From contig LWCA01000003.1 of assembly GCA_001642005.1 (NCBI GenBank), forward strand, positions 62,001 to 126,000: a stretch of DNA of 64,000 nucleotides. Reading direction: 5' to 3'. The translations under genes were made by a program, and so were the position numbers. Shown here in pieces: positions 53,282 to 64,000 of this stretch. Under the pieces are notes generated by a model. The model did not search any database, had not been told where the DNA came from, and saw nothing but the letters and a program-made list of their open reading frames with translations. This DNA is from Intoshia linei (taxonomy: Eukaryota; Animalia; Orthonectida). Positions within the stretch are counted from its first letter, which is position 1. Every line of letters begins with the position of its first letter.

Positions 53282-56200
53282 ATGGCGCCTAAAGAAATAA
53301 AAAATTCACTTATTTTAAACGTTAAATCTTTTGAAATTTTACAAATTGGTTAGTACATTCAAGTTTTATGAGGTTTAAATATTTTTAAATTTAGTAAAGT
53401 CCTTTTTTGATGACTTGTATCAAGCTAAAATGAATTATTCAAAAGAGTTAAACAAAATTCATGACAATTATCACAAAAAGATGGACTGCTTTTTTCCATC
53501 AGAATAGTAAATTTATAAAAATGTTAAATTTTAAAAAATTTATACATAGTATAACTTCAAATTATTCAATTTCAAACTTGTGGTCAACGCTTATGCAAGA
53601 AGTTGATTACGAATCAAAGGTTTTTTAATTTTGTATATTTATTGTTATTATATTAGTATAATAATATTATGTATAGTAATGTAAAAAATAATTATCTTAC
53701 TAATTAAAAGTGATTTTTTTGTTCAAATTCATTATAACTGTATTCAATTTTTTATCTTTTGTCCTTTTGGAATTGTAATATGAAATTTGTTTAGTATCAT
53801 AGACATTAATGCACAATAACTCTTAATAAATGTATTGTATGATATTTGATTATAATTTATCTATATTATATTTTCCTTCATCAGATATTTATTAATGTAT
53901 TTAATGGTGTATTAAAATACATTACTCTTTTGATATATGCAATCAATGATTATTCTACATAAAGATTGAAACATTTTAATCAATATATTAATTAAATATC
54001 GATTCTAAATTTACAAATGTATATTAATCCTTTCACTGTCTGATTATAGTATAGAATCTATACTATACACCGCATAATTTTGAAAAACTTTATTATTTTA
54101 TTTTCATACATTTTCACATAGGTAATTTAATAATAATATTATTTTAAATTAAAACATAAATTCCAGACGTCTGGTGATAGTACATAAAATTTCACTAAAC
54201 AGTGAAAGGGTTAAATGAAAAGTTTGATTTTCCATTTTTTATTCAATTTTTCAAAATTTAAATATAGTTATATCCTAATTGTTTAATATACGTCAATAAT
54301 TTAATGTATCATAAAGTAGTATCTTACTTAATATATAAAAATTATCAGTTTGTCATAGTACATGTAATGATTTATGTGATATTTTTAATTTTAGAACATA
54401 ATATTTACGTTTTAATTGCCATGTAAAAAGGGTTCAAAGTTCATATATTTTTTATCAAGTTTTATTGATTAAAATAAAGATTAACGATGTAATTTTGGAT
54501 AAATGAAATTGTTTCATTTTCCTACTCTACATTTTATCGTTAAAGATTATTACATTTCATTATTAATCGCTAAAAATTTTTAATGGAATATTACGGTAAA
54601 TGGATTTTTGAGAGGTTCTATAATTATAATTACCAAAGGTTAATAACCATTTGCTATTTGATTCGTATATAGGGCCCACTGTCATTTTTCAAACAACAGT
54701 CATTATCATTACAGAACCATTATGCATTATAATTTATAATGCATTACGTAAAAATGTAGAATGGTACCAAAGCTGAATTCGATAAATGGGATAATAAACT
54801 CGATGAAATTGTGTATTTAATTAAAGCAAGGGTCGGCAACCAGTGGCCAGTGGGCCAAAAGATACCACAGAATAATTTTGGTGGCCCTTTGAGTAAATAT
54901 GTAAATTATATTTTTTTTAACTTTTAAGCCCTGTTTTAAATGCTTTCTACTATAATTGGCTCATTATAATCATTTTAATACTGAATTTTCATATCCCTGG
55001 ATTTTATTTTGTTGAATATACTAGAACCATTTCTCTTTCATTAAAATTGAAATGAATTAAATTTTCAAAAACGGGACCCGTAAAATTTTTTGATATAAAA
55101 ATGTGTCCACGAAATGCAAAAGGTTGCGAACCTGATTTAAAGCATTACAATCCTCATTAGCAGGTGTTTTACGGTACAACGTGTACTTATGTACCCAGCA
55201 ACTGGTCTTCAGTGAATTAAATGACAAATTAAGAGAAAAGTTTAACCCAGAGCCGTTTTAAGACATGGGCAATATGGGCTGTAGCCCAGGGGCCCTCATT
55301 AAAAAAGGCCACCAAATTAATAAAAGTACTTACATTTAAATCTTAAAAAGAGGCTCTAAATTAATAAAAGTACTTTACATTTATATCTTAAAAAGAGGCT
55401 CCAAATTAATAAAAGTACTTTACATTTATATTTTAGAAAGGAGCCCCAATTTATTAACAAATACTTCACATTTATATCTTAAGAATCAGTTTATAAGTTT
55501 TGAAGTTTATTGAAGTTTGAACTTTTTCTAAACTAAAAATAATTAAGTATTAACTTCGAAATTGCTTAGCTCAACCTCGTTTGAATGCTCTCTCCTTAAT
55601 GTCAATGAAAAAAAATTTGAAAAAATTTGTCTTAAAATTTAGTTTTGACGTGGTCACATCATTTTTAATTAACATTTTATATTAAAGTACAAAATTTAGT
55701 CATTATATTTCATTGAAATACATTTAGTTAGCTTACGATTCTATAAATCTACTGGAAACTGTTATATCAGAACCAATTAATGAATACTTGAATAATGAAG
55801 AAAATAATATACAGAGAAAATATTATAAACACAACATATTTGAATCTAGAATTCATTATTCGTATCATTGCATCAAGGAAGTATATATACATTTTATTAT
55901 TATTATAATACTAGCTTGATTGTTATGTACTTTGTACAAACAGCATCTTAGCTCTAGCGAGGCAGACCTTTTTAATTCTGCAAAATAATAAATTCAATAA
56001 TATAACCTTACTTAAATGAATAATACAATCACTATGATCAATCCTTTAAAAGAGTGGTTTCTAAACTTGAATTTCACATTGCCTTTTACTTTAAAGTGAA
56101 TTATTCCATTTTAATTTTGATTTATTAACATTTGCGTAAATAATTTTATAAATAATTGTTATCCAATTTTTTTAATTTATTAGAGAGAATGAGTGTATAA

Positions 56201-59200
56201 TATTACAAATAAAGTAAAAACAGTCCAATCCTAAAAATTTTCATAAACAGCTGAAACCCAGAAAAAATAAAATGGTAAATACCGGTAATTTCTTTTTGAA
56301 TGTGATGGTATATATTCAGTATCTGATTTCGATGAGTAAAAAATGTCAATTTTGTATCAATTATTAACGGAATCAGCACATTAAAAACATATTTCGAGTA
56401 ATTTTTATCAACATTGTAATACATAATAAAAATGATAATAACAAACTTGTACTTTTTTGTTGTAGTTTTAAGTAAAAAGTAATTTTAAAGTTTTTAAACA
56501 ATAAAAAATTGGATTTTTTCATTTGAGGTTGAATTAAGAAGTTTTTTCTACTACATTTGATAAAATCTGATTTTAAAAAAAATCGGAAAAAATGAATTTT
56601 TTCACATGATGATTTGAAATTTTTGTTTTTTTATTAAATATTTAATTATACACATTATATTTTAATTGTATTAAATTTAGAGTGAAAATAGATTACAGCA
56701 TTATGCTGAAAAATATCTAGTCAATTTCAGACAACTTAATAACAATGAAAAGTTTAAAATTATGGTAATTTTAAAATTAAAAAATTTTGTTTTATTTAAA
56801 AAAATTATAATGTACATCAGCCATGTCAAAACTTAAATACATGCCGGGCCGCATCATAAAATATTTTCTAGCATCACCTTTGGAAATTATTATAATATGA
56901 ATCGATATCATTGATAATACACAATGTGTATTTAATAGTGACGTTAAATAAAATAATTATGAACGTCATAAATTCAATACACAATTAACTAATATAATTT
57001 TTTAAATAAATCTACACCCTTGGATCATTAAAACATAACACGACAATTTATATTTTGGTTCACCCAATTTTTAAAAACCCTTAAGATGTTAAAAATATTC
57101 CCTTAAAACCCTATAAAATTTTTGATCCAAGATTATCATCACAATATTTAAAAAAATGGGTAAAAAAATTTTATTAAAAACCCAAAAAATGTTAGACTAT
57201 TATCTAAATTATCTTTAAAATCTTTACAAATTTGATGAAAAAATTTTCCTTTAAAGAAACCCCTAAAATTTGGTCCAAAAATCAATAAATCAATTAAAAA
57301 AAATATTTTCTAAATTCGTTATACATTATGAATTTAAAAAATTTGAATAAAATAATGAAATTGTATAAACTTTACAATGACGTAGTGACAATTTTATAAA
57401 AAACTAGCTTGGCAGTTTTGTACTATGTACAAACAGCACCTAGCTCTGCCGAGAGCACTCTTTTATTATACCAAAAAAATAAATTCACGTTGAAAATCTA
57501 ACTTAAAAATTCTACTATTAACTATTATCAATCCTTTGTTTTGTTTTGTTAACATTTTCGTAAAGAATTTAAAAACAATTGTTATCCCATTTGATTAATT
57601 TATTAGACAGAATGTGTGTATAATATTAAAAATAAAGTAAAAATAGTCCAATCCTAAAAATTGTCATAAATAGCATAAATTCCAGAAAAAATAAAATTAT
57701 AAAAACATATTTTGTCATTTTTAATGTGATGACATATATTCAGTATCAATTTAATAAATACTTAATAATACCAATTGTGTATCAATAATTAATTGAATCT
57801 TCACTTTATAAATATTTCAGTCGAATTTTACCATTATNTTTTTCTGATAAATTTTCATTGAAATTTATTTTTTAATTTATTTAAATTGTACTTTTAACTA
57901 ACAAAAATTAAATTAAATTTTAGTAAATAATAATAAATAAAATATAAGCTGAAATTAGTGTAAAATAATTTTAATATTTTGTTGTTACAGCGAAATGTAT
58001 TATCAATCTGCCAAAGAATGTCCCATAAAATAGTCAAAAACGGTGGACCTAGTAATTACACTTCATTTCAAATATAAAAAAGTTTATTCGAAATTTTATC
58101 AAATTGTTAATACTCAATACAATATTGTTCGTTTTTGACGTGACAATGCAAGTTGTTAATTACACTACGTTAATATATTTTATAGGTTTTAAGAAAAAGT
58201 ATCAAAGCACTGAAAAATCTAAAAAATGAATTAAATAATAAATCATTGGAAAAAGCCAAGTAATTTTCTCAAATTTTGTATTATTGTGAATGATTACTCA
58301 CCATTGGTTAGTGGTCATTGATCAAAATTAGAGTTTCAATGTTGCCGGCTTTTTCATTAGTTGTGATTTAAATTTTTAAGCGTACATTAATTTTTTCAGA
58401 AATATGGTTTAAAATATTAATAGAAAAGAACAATATAATAATAAATTAAAATGAAAACAATTTGACGAACAATTCAAAAAATAATGCATACAAACAGTAT
58501 AAGTTATAGTGTAAGTATAGTTAAATTATAATTATAAACTGTTTGGTTAGATATTGATTCTAATTATTAATTTTATATTTACTACTAGGTTGACTGTTAT
58601 GTACTACGTATAAACAGCACCTAGCTTTGTCGAGGGCACATTTTTATTCTACCAAAAAAATAAACATTCAAAATCTAACTTAAAAATGCTACTATTCAGT
58701 ATTATCAATCCTTTAAAGGAGTGGTGCCCAAACTTGTTTCGGGTGGAAGTCTTATATCACATTACTTTTTACTTTAAAGTGCATTATTCTTAATTTTGTT
58801 TTTTTAACATTTGTGTAAAGAATTTTATTACAACTGTTATCCCATTTTAATTTATTAGACAGAATGTGTGTATGATATTAAAAATAAAGTAAAAACAGTC
58901 CAATCCTAAAAATTGTCATAAATAGCATAAATTCCAGAAAAAATAAAATTATAAAAACCTATTTTTTCATTTTCAATGTGATAATTATCATTATATTCAG
59001 TAATAATTTAATAAATACTTAATAATACCAATTATGTATCAATAATTAACAAAATCAGCACTTTATAAACATATTTCAGGTGAATTTTACCAATATTCCA
59101 AAGGATTGTAATAAATATAAAAATGATAATAACAAAGTTGTATTACTTTTAGTAATTCGTTGTTGTGGTTAAATTTAAATTTTAAACAAAATGTTTTGAA

Positions 59201-59421
59201 AATGAGAATTTGAGATTGAAAAGTTGCGAAGGAATGAATTATATACATTTCTTGATTGGAAATGTGTAGACNAGCAGAATTTTAGGCTGATTTAATTAAT
59301 TTAATCACTTAAAATGAATCAGAAAATTATTATTTTTGTTGTCAATAGGCAATGATTTAAATCGCAATATCAACATGTTATCAATCACCAAATCTGAAAT
59401 TTAAGGTGTCTAAAGATAAAG
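53282..59421 (+). CDS. F-BAR (FCH) domain protein, 3' end not recovered
   Basis: FFDDLYQAKMNYSKELNKI and SISNLWSTLMQEVDYESK/LAYDSINLLETVISEPINEY fit the FCH pattern; later helical exons at 56681, 58187 and probably 59349; interrupted by TEs and N gaps. Confidence 0.65.
54028..54210. mobile_element. TTAA-flanked (piggyBac-like) MITE
   Basis: TTAA|TCCTTTCACTGT ... ACAGTGAAAGGG|TTAA; a related TTAACCCTTTCA end occurs at ~680. Confidence 0.75.
54827..55134. mobile_element. Buster-type hAT MITE, inverted sister of 6195-6496
   Basis: CAAGGGTCGGCAACC / GGTTGCGAACCTG; TSD aattaaag/atttaaag. Confidence 0.85.
55248..55602 (+). mobile_element. Truncated hAT MITE (10710 family) with an internal ~44-bp minisatellite x4
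   Basis: CAGAGCCGTTTTAAGACATGGGCAATATGGGCTGTAGCCCAGG followed by repeated CCAAATTAATAAAAGTACTTTACATTTATATCTTAAAAAGAGG units. Confidence 0.85.
55911..56445 (-). mobile_element. Older Helitron family copy in an F-BAR gene intron
   Basis: A|CTAGCTTGATTGTTATGTACTTTGTACAAACAGC plus a diverged shared body. Confidence 0.8.
57404..57837 (-). mobile_element. Helitron family copy running into an N gap
   Basis: A|CTAGCTTGGCAGTTTTGTACTATGTACAAACAGCACCTAGCTCTGCCGAG plus shared body. Confidence 0.85.
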
Positions 59422-60009
59422 TATATTCTTGTCTATAAAAAAAATATCTACTTGTTACATTCCATCAAGTATTTTTCGAGGTACAATATGAAACATGGAT
59501 GACTACATATGCAATCATCGGTCACTAATGGGTTAAATATCCTACTATTTACTTTTATAAATCCTTTAAAGGTGTGGTTCTCAAACTTGTTTCGGGTGGA
59601 ACCATCATATCACATTATTTTTACTTTAAAGTGAATTATTTCATCTTAAATTTTTTGTTTGTTAACATTTGCGTAAATAATTTTAAAAATAATTGTCCCA
59701 TTTTTTTAATTTATTAGACAGAATGAGTTGTATAATCTTAACAATAAAGTAAAAACACTCAAATCCTAAAAATTGTCATAAATAGCATAAATTCCAGAAA
59801 AAATAAAATTATAAACTATTTTGTTATTTTCAATGTGATAATTATCATTATATTCAGTAATAATTTAATAAATACTTAATAATACCAATTATGTATCAAT
59901 AATTAACAAAATCAGCACTTTATAAACATATTTCAGGTGAATTTTACCAATATTCCAAAGGATTGTAATAAATATAAAAATGATAATAACAAAGTTGTAT
60001 TACTTTTAG
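58585..60009 (-). mobile_element. Helitron copy (58585-~59150) and a second partial copy (~59540-60009)
   Basis: Canonical end at 58585; ~58900-59152 is repeated almost identically at ~59760-60009. Confidence 0.85.
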
Positions 60010-60010
60010 N

Positions 60011-60597
60011 TATCTTCTTTCTCTTAAAAATGAAATCATTCACTACTTCCCAACTCTTAATGATACAGATGTATTTAATTCCCTTATAAGAGATCCATTT
60101 ATATTTGATTTTGAACAGTTATTAGTGAAGGAATTAGTATTCCAAGAAGAATTCATAGAATTAATTAATTATGGCTCTATCAAAATAACATTTCCTAAAA
60201 GTACGATAACTGAATTTTGGATAGCTATAGCACAATCATATCCAAACCTTTTTAAAATGATTCTCAAAATAGTTATGCCGTTTTCAACAATTATATGAAT
60301 GTGAAAAGGCATTTTCAACACTCATACAAATAAAAACAAAATCTAAAAACAGACTATATGTCAGTGATGATTTGAGATGTGCTTTATCCAAAAAAGAACC
60401 AAGAATAGTTGAATTGTCATAAATCAAACAGAAACATTTTTCACATTAGTTTAGTAAAATTTAATTTGAATTAATAATGTTTGTAGGAGCTACGGCTCTG
60501 AATATATCAATAAATTTAATTTTTTTTGGACATGTTTTACTTGGGGGTCCCGAGCAAAATTAAAATTAAAAATGGACCAAAAATTTGAGAACCTCTG
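60011..60597 (+). pseudogene. Decayed Buster/Charlie-type hAT transposase C-terminus (dimerisation domain) with right TIR
   Basis: FQEEFIEL...EFWIAIAQSYPNLFKMILKIVMPFST[+1 frameshift]YECEKAFSTLIQIKTKSKNRL...DDLRCALS..EPRI...*..QKHFSH*; TIR TTTGAGAACCTCTG followed by gtttagag; 5' part lost at the N at 60010. Confidence 0.9.
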
Positions 60598-61329
60598 GTT
60601 TAGAGTTTTAGTCATTTTAATATATCAGTCATTATGAAGAATTTTTTTTAATTTTAAATTAATTCATATCTATCATTCCAAAATCCATTTTTACCTACCC
60701 TTAAAAAAAATTTATTTTTATTTACCCTTATGACTGAAACTCCAAACGGACGGTAACATATATAAATTATATTTAATAGTAAATCTCAAAATTTTCATCT
60801 AAATATTGTCAATGTAAAAATTCAACTCTAATTCTTAAAAGTAAATATAAAGTGTTATTAAAATTACTTAAACTTGTATATAAAATAAAGTCGCATTTCT
60901 TTGCGGTGCACCTGAACTCTACTTATGGCGTACAGGATAAGAATCACTGGGATAGCATATTGGTCAGGTTTTTAGAATAAGAGCAATATAACATTTTTAA
61001 AAAATAATATACAAAATAGTAAAATATAATCATTTCTTAATTTAATAAGGCAGATTTTATTTAAAAAAAGGTAAATTCGGTTTTTTACCCTGAAGCCGTC
61101 AATTTATTAAAATGCACAAAAACATCACTCTCGGAAAACTGTATTAGAAATTTGAATTTTTTAATTAATTTATAAGACATTGTTTATTAAAAAAAGAGGA
61201 TAATTCGCTGATGCGTCGGCAAGATCGATTTTTTCCAAATAACTATGGAAAAAAAAGATATTTCCCTTATGCATTTGTAAGACCTTGTTTTTTAAAAAAA
61301 CATTGGAAATTGTTTCATTGTTCGTACAG

Positions 61330-61539
61330 GAACAAACTTTTCTCGATTATAAGCAGACCCCTGAAATACAAATTTTCAGTGACATTTTTAACTAAATAAA
61401 ATTTATAAATTTATACTAATTAGAAAAAACTTTTAGTGTATTTTTTATATTTTTTAAGGTCTACTTGTTTTTGATTATAAGCATTTTTCCTTCTACTGTC
61501 GAATATAAGAAGACGTCTTATAATCGAGAAAAGACAGTA
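61330..61539. mobile_element. Tc1/pogo-like MITE remnant
   Basis: Inverted repeat CTTTTCTCGATTATAAG / CTTATAATCGAGAAAAG, with the right end finishing ACAG-TA. Confidence 0.55.
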
Positions 61540-61655
61540 GGCTTAAAATGTCTTAGTAGTAGAATTTACACTTTCAAATCATATTTAAATAAAATTCATT
61601 TACTGTAATAATATATATAATTTACATGTTAATAATAATTGTAATATATACTATA

Positions 61656-62397
61656 CTAGGTTGACTATAATGTACTACGTACAAACAGCACCTGGCTCTG
61701 CCGAGGACATATTTTTATTATACCAAAAAAATAAATTCACGTTGAAAATCTAACTTAAAAATCCAACTATTCACTATTATCAATGTTTTAAAGGAGTGGT
61801 TCCCCAATTTGTTTCATGTGGAACATCATATTACATTACTTATTACTTTAAAGTGAATTATTTCATCTTAATTTTTTGTTTGTAAACATTTGCGTGAAGA
61901 TTTTTAAAAACAATTGTTATCCCATTTTTTAATTTATTAGACAGAATGTGTATATAATATTAAAAATAAAGAAAAAAACAGTCCAATCCTAAAAATTGTC
62001 ATAAATAGCATAAATTCCAGAAAAAATAAAATTAAGAAACCTATTTTGTCATTTTCAATGTGATGACATATATTCAGTATCAATTTAATAAATAAATCCT
62101 AAAAATTGTCATAAATAGCATAAATTCCAGAAAAAATAAAATTATAAACTATTTTGTTATTTTGAGTGTGATGATTCATTGAGACGTCTCATCTTCACCT
62201 TTATGGCCTGTTTGCTTCTGAATGTCACTTTTCTTTTTACCATTTTATGTTAAATTTGAAAAAATTATAAGTAAAAAAAACGTAAATAAAGTAAGTAGTT
62301 GAAATGTGAACTTTATAAAATTCTAAGACTGGTAGTTATTTTATTAAAGTGGAACATACACACACAAAAATCGCGTAGCATATTATATAAGTTAAGA
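61656..62397 (-). mobile_element. Complete 742-bp non-autonomous Helitron
   Basis: On the minus strand: A|TCTTAACTTATATAATATGC-(GT)n ... hairpin TGTAC-GTA-GTACA ... CAACCTAG|T. Inserted between A and T with no TSD. Confidence 0.9.
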
Positions 62398-62435
62398 TTT
62401 TACTATATAGTTTTTTTCATTTCATTTAAATTGTA

Positions 62436-62595
62436 AAAAAAAATCTTAAAAAAATCCCCTTAAAAGTTTAGTAAAAAAAATATTAAAAATTCCCTTTAAA
62501 GGTTTAGCAAAAAAAATCTTAAAGAACGTCCTTGGAAGTTTAGTTAATAAAAAAAATCTTAAAAAACGCCCTTGAAGTTTTATTAAAAAAAATAA
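62436..62595. repeat. Degenerate ~36-40 bp minisatellite (AAAAAAATCTTAAAAAAATCCCCTTAAAAGTTTAG) x4
   Basis: Four visible tandem units next to the Helitron 5' end. Confidence 0.7.
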
Positions 62596-63242
62596 TGTAT
62601 ATAAAATAGTTTTAAGAAAATCTTTTACAGAAGCGACGATTTACAATTAAAACTCTACAAATTAACGTATAATTAAAAGATACACCTTGCTAATTTTTCA
62701 AATGCCATTTTTTTGATGCTAAAATTTTAAAAATCAATATTTTGATTTATTACACGACTACATTTTATTATTTTACATTATTATATCATTTAGGAAAAAT
62801 TATATTTTATACGTTACTGTGAATGCGATGCAAAAACAATAAATAAATTACTTATTTTTTAGTACAAATTTCGCAATTACCCATGAAAAATATCATTACC
62901 CACAGGATGGGAATCACTGTCCTATACTAAACATTATTTTCTAATCTAATATAATAACAAGGACTCAATTTCTGTAAATAACATTTACGATAAAACTCCA
63001 TCTCGAAAAACTATATTAGAAATTGATGTTTTTAAATCTGTACGCCTTTTACTTTGTTAAATAAATGGTTATAATCAGACAGACATACACTTTTAGCTGA
63101 ATTACTTTATATGTAACTTACATATAAGTACATAATGTAAATAAGGATAACGGATTAGAGTGTAATGATTAGACCATTTCTTCCGAATTTGGAAACGAAA
63201 AGTTGAAAAAAATATTTTATGAAAACTAACGTATACATTTAG

Positions 63243-63561
63243 GAAAGAATGTGGCTTTGAAATTGACATTTGGAGTTTAGGAATTTTACTTGTTGAATTG
63301 GTACAAAACGTTCCACCCTATTCCAAAAAATCTTATGATGAATGCTATGATCTTATCATATCTAATGAACCGATACCTGTAAATGAACACCTGTTTTCAC
63401 TAAACCTTTTAAATTTAATTTATCAATGTCTCCGCAAAGAAGCTAGCGACCGGATCCACATTTGTGAAATACAAAACCACGCATATTTAAAATCATCAAA
63501 TTTCGATCAATACACCAATTTTATGCTACAATTCAATCATACCATAAATATAAAAAAATGA
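63243..63561 (+). CDS. Last exon of a Ser/Thr kinase (STE20/PAK-like subdomains IX-XI)
   Basis: GFEIDIWSLGILLVELVQNVPPY...QCLRKEASDRIHICEIQNHAYL after an AG acceptor at 63242; AATAAA at ~63610. Confidence 0.8.
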
Positions 63562-63722
63562 ACATTTTATCTTCTATTCTCTTATATACTTTAAACTAAA
63601 TTTTAAGTCAATAAAATTTAAAAGTCAATATGCAGGTTTTGAATGTTAAAGTAAATATATATTACAGATGTGTTAAAATTTAATTCTTTATTTTCAGTTT
63701 CATTTGTATAACATATCAAACC

Positions 63723-64000
63723 ATGTGTTTTCAATATTTTATCAATTTGATCAACAGTTTTTTCGATAAATTCAAATCAAAGAAAAAGCGTAAATTTCAA
63801 TTTAAAATTTTTTTATTGGATTTTAGCTGACATTGAGGAAAAGGAAATAAAGGAATATGTCACTATTATCAAAAACATTGATAAAAGTACTTTTTTTATT
63901 ACTATTAATTACAATATACATTTCGAAACAGCTGACCTTTCAAAATTAGTAAACAGTTGTATCTGCAATATGATCTTTTGGTCTGTTCAAATTAATAGTC
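63723..64000 (+). CDS. 5' part of an unidentified gene, truncated by the window edge
   Basis: Three phase-consistent exons: MCFQYFINLINSFFDKFKSKKK/PDIEEKEIKEYVTIIKNIDK/TDLSKLVNSCICNMIFWSVQINS. Confidence 0.55.

Noticed and set aside
58900-60009. Near-identical ~250-bp duplication as a recent tandem Helitron event
   Set aside because: It lies around the N gaps at 59272 and 60010, so it may be a contig-end artefact or simply two young copies.
1-64000. Prokaryotic-type systems (CRISPR arrays, defence operons) or an alternative genetic code
   Set aside because: The sequence is spliceosomal-intron eukaryotic DNA. Tandem repeats lack unique spacers, and conserved proteins translate correctly with the standard code.

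Overview
Very AT-rich, compact animal (metazoan) genomic DNA, not prokaryotic. Genes are split by many ~35-60 nt GT-AG introns plus a few 0.3-2.6 kb introns filled with DNA transposons. The style fits a reduced parasite genome such as the orthonectid Intoshia, but that is inference only. Manual splicing gives, in order: 3' end of an unknown gene, an intronless ORFan, a divergent TAF6/TAF6L-like gene, ISCU, two small genes, EIF3D, RSPH10B, a RhoGAP, ZIP11/SLC39A11, SCYL1, Eyes absent (EYA), acetyl-CoA carboxylase, FAM177A1, an RBFA-like gene, an unknown minus-strand gene, an F-BAR gene, the last exon of an STE20/PAK-like kinase, and the start of another gene. Mobile DNA comprises many hAT MITEs (Buster-type with nnnTAnnn target duplications, plus other hAT families), a decayed Buster transposase, a MULE-type foldback, a TTAA MITE and a non-autonomous Helitron family with one complete copy. 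The best findings are: an EYA that has lost three catalytic HAD residues (predicted pseudophosphatase); extreme gene packing (24 bp between convergent stops, 118 bp between divergent ATGs, 130-260 bp between co-oriented genes); a 4.5 kb intron-free exon inside intron-rich ACC; a Helitron with two stacked 3' terminators; and a possible in-frame FAM177A1-RBFA-like fusion. Single 'n' bases at 48223, 57838, 59272 and 60010 look like assembly gaps and limit interpretation of the last 16 kb. All family calls come from recalled motif similarity; no searches were run.
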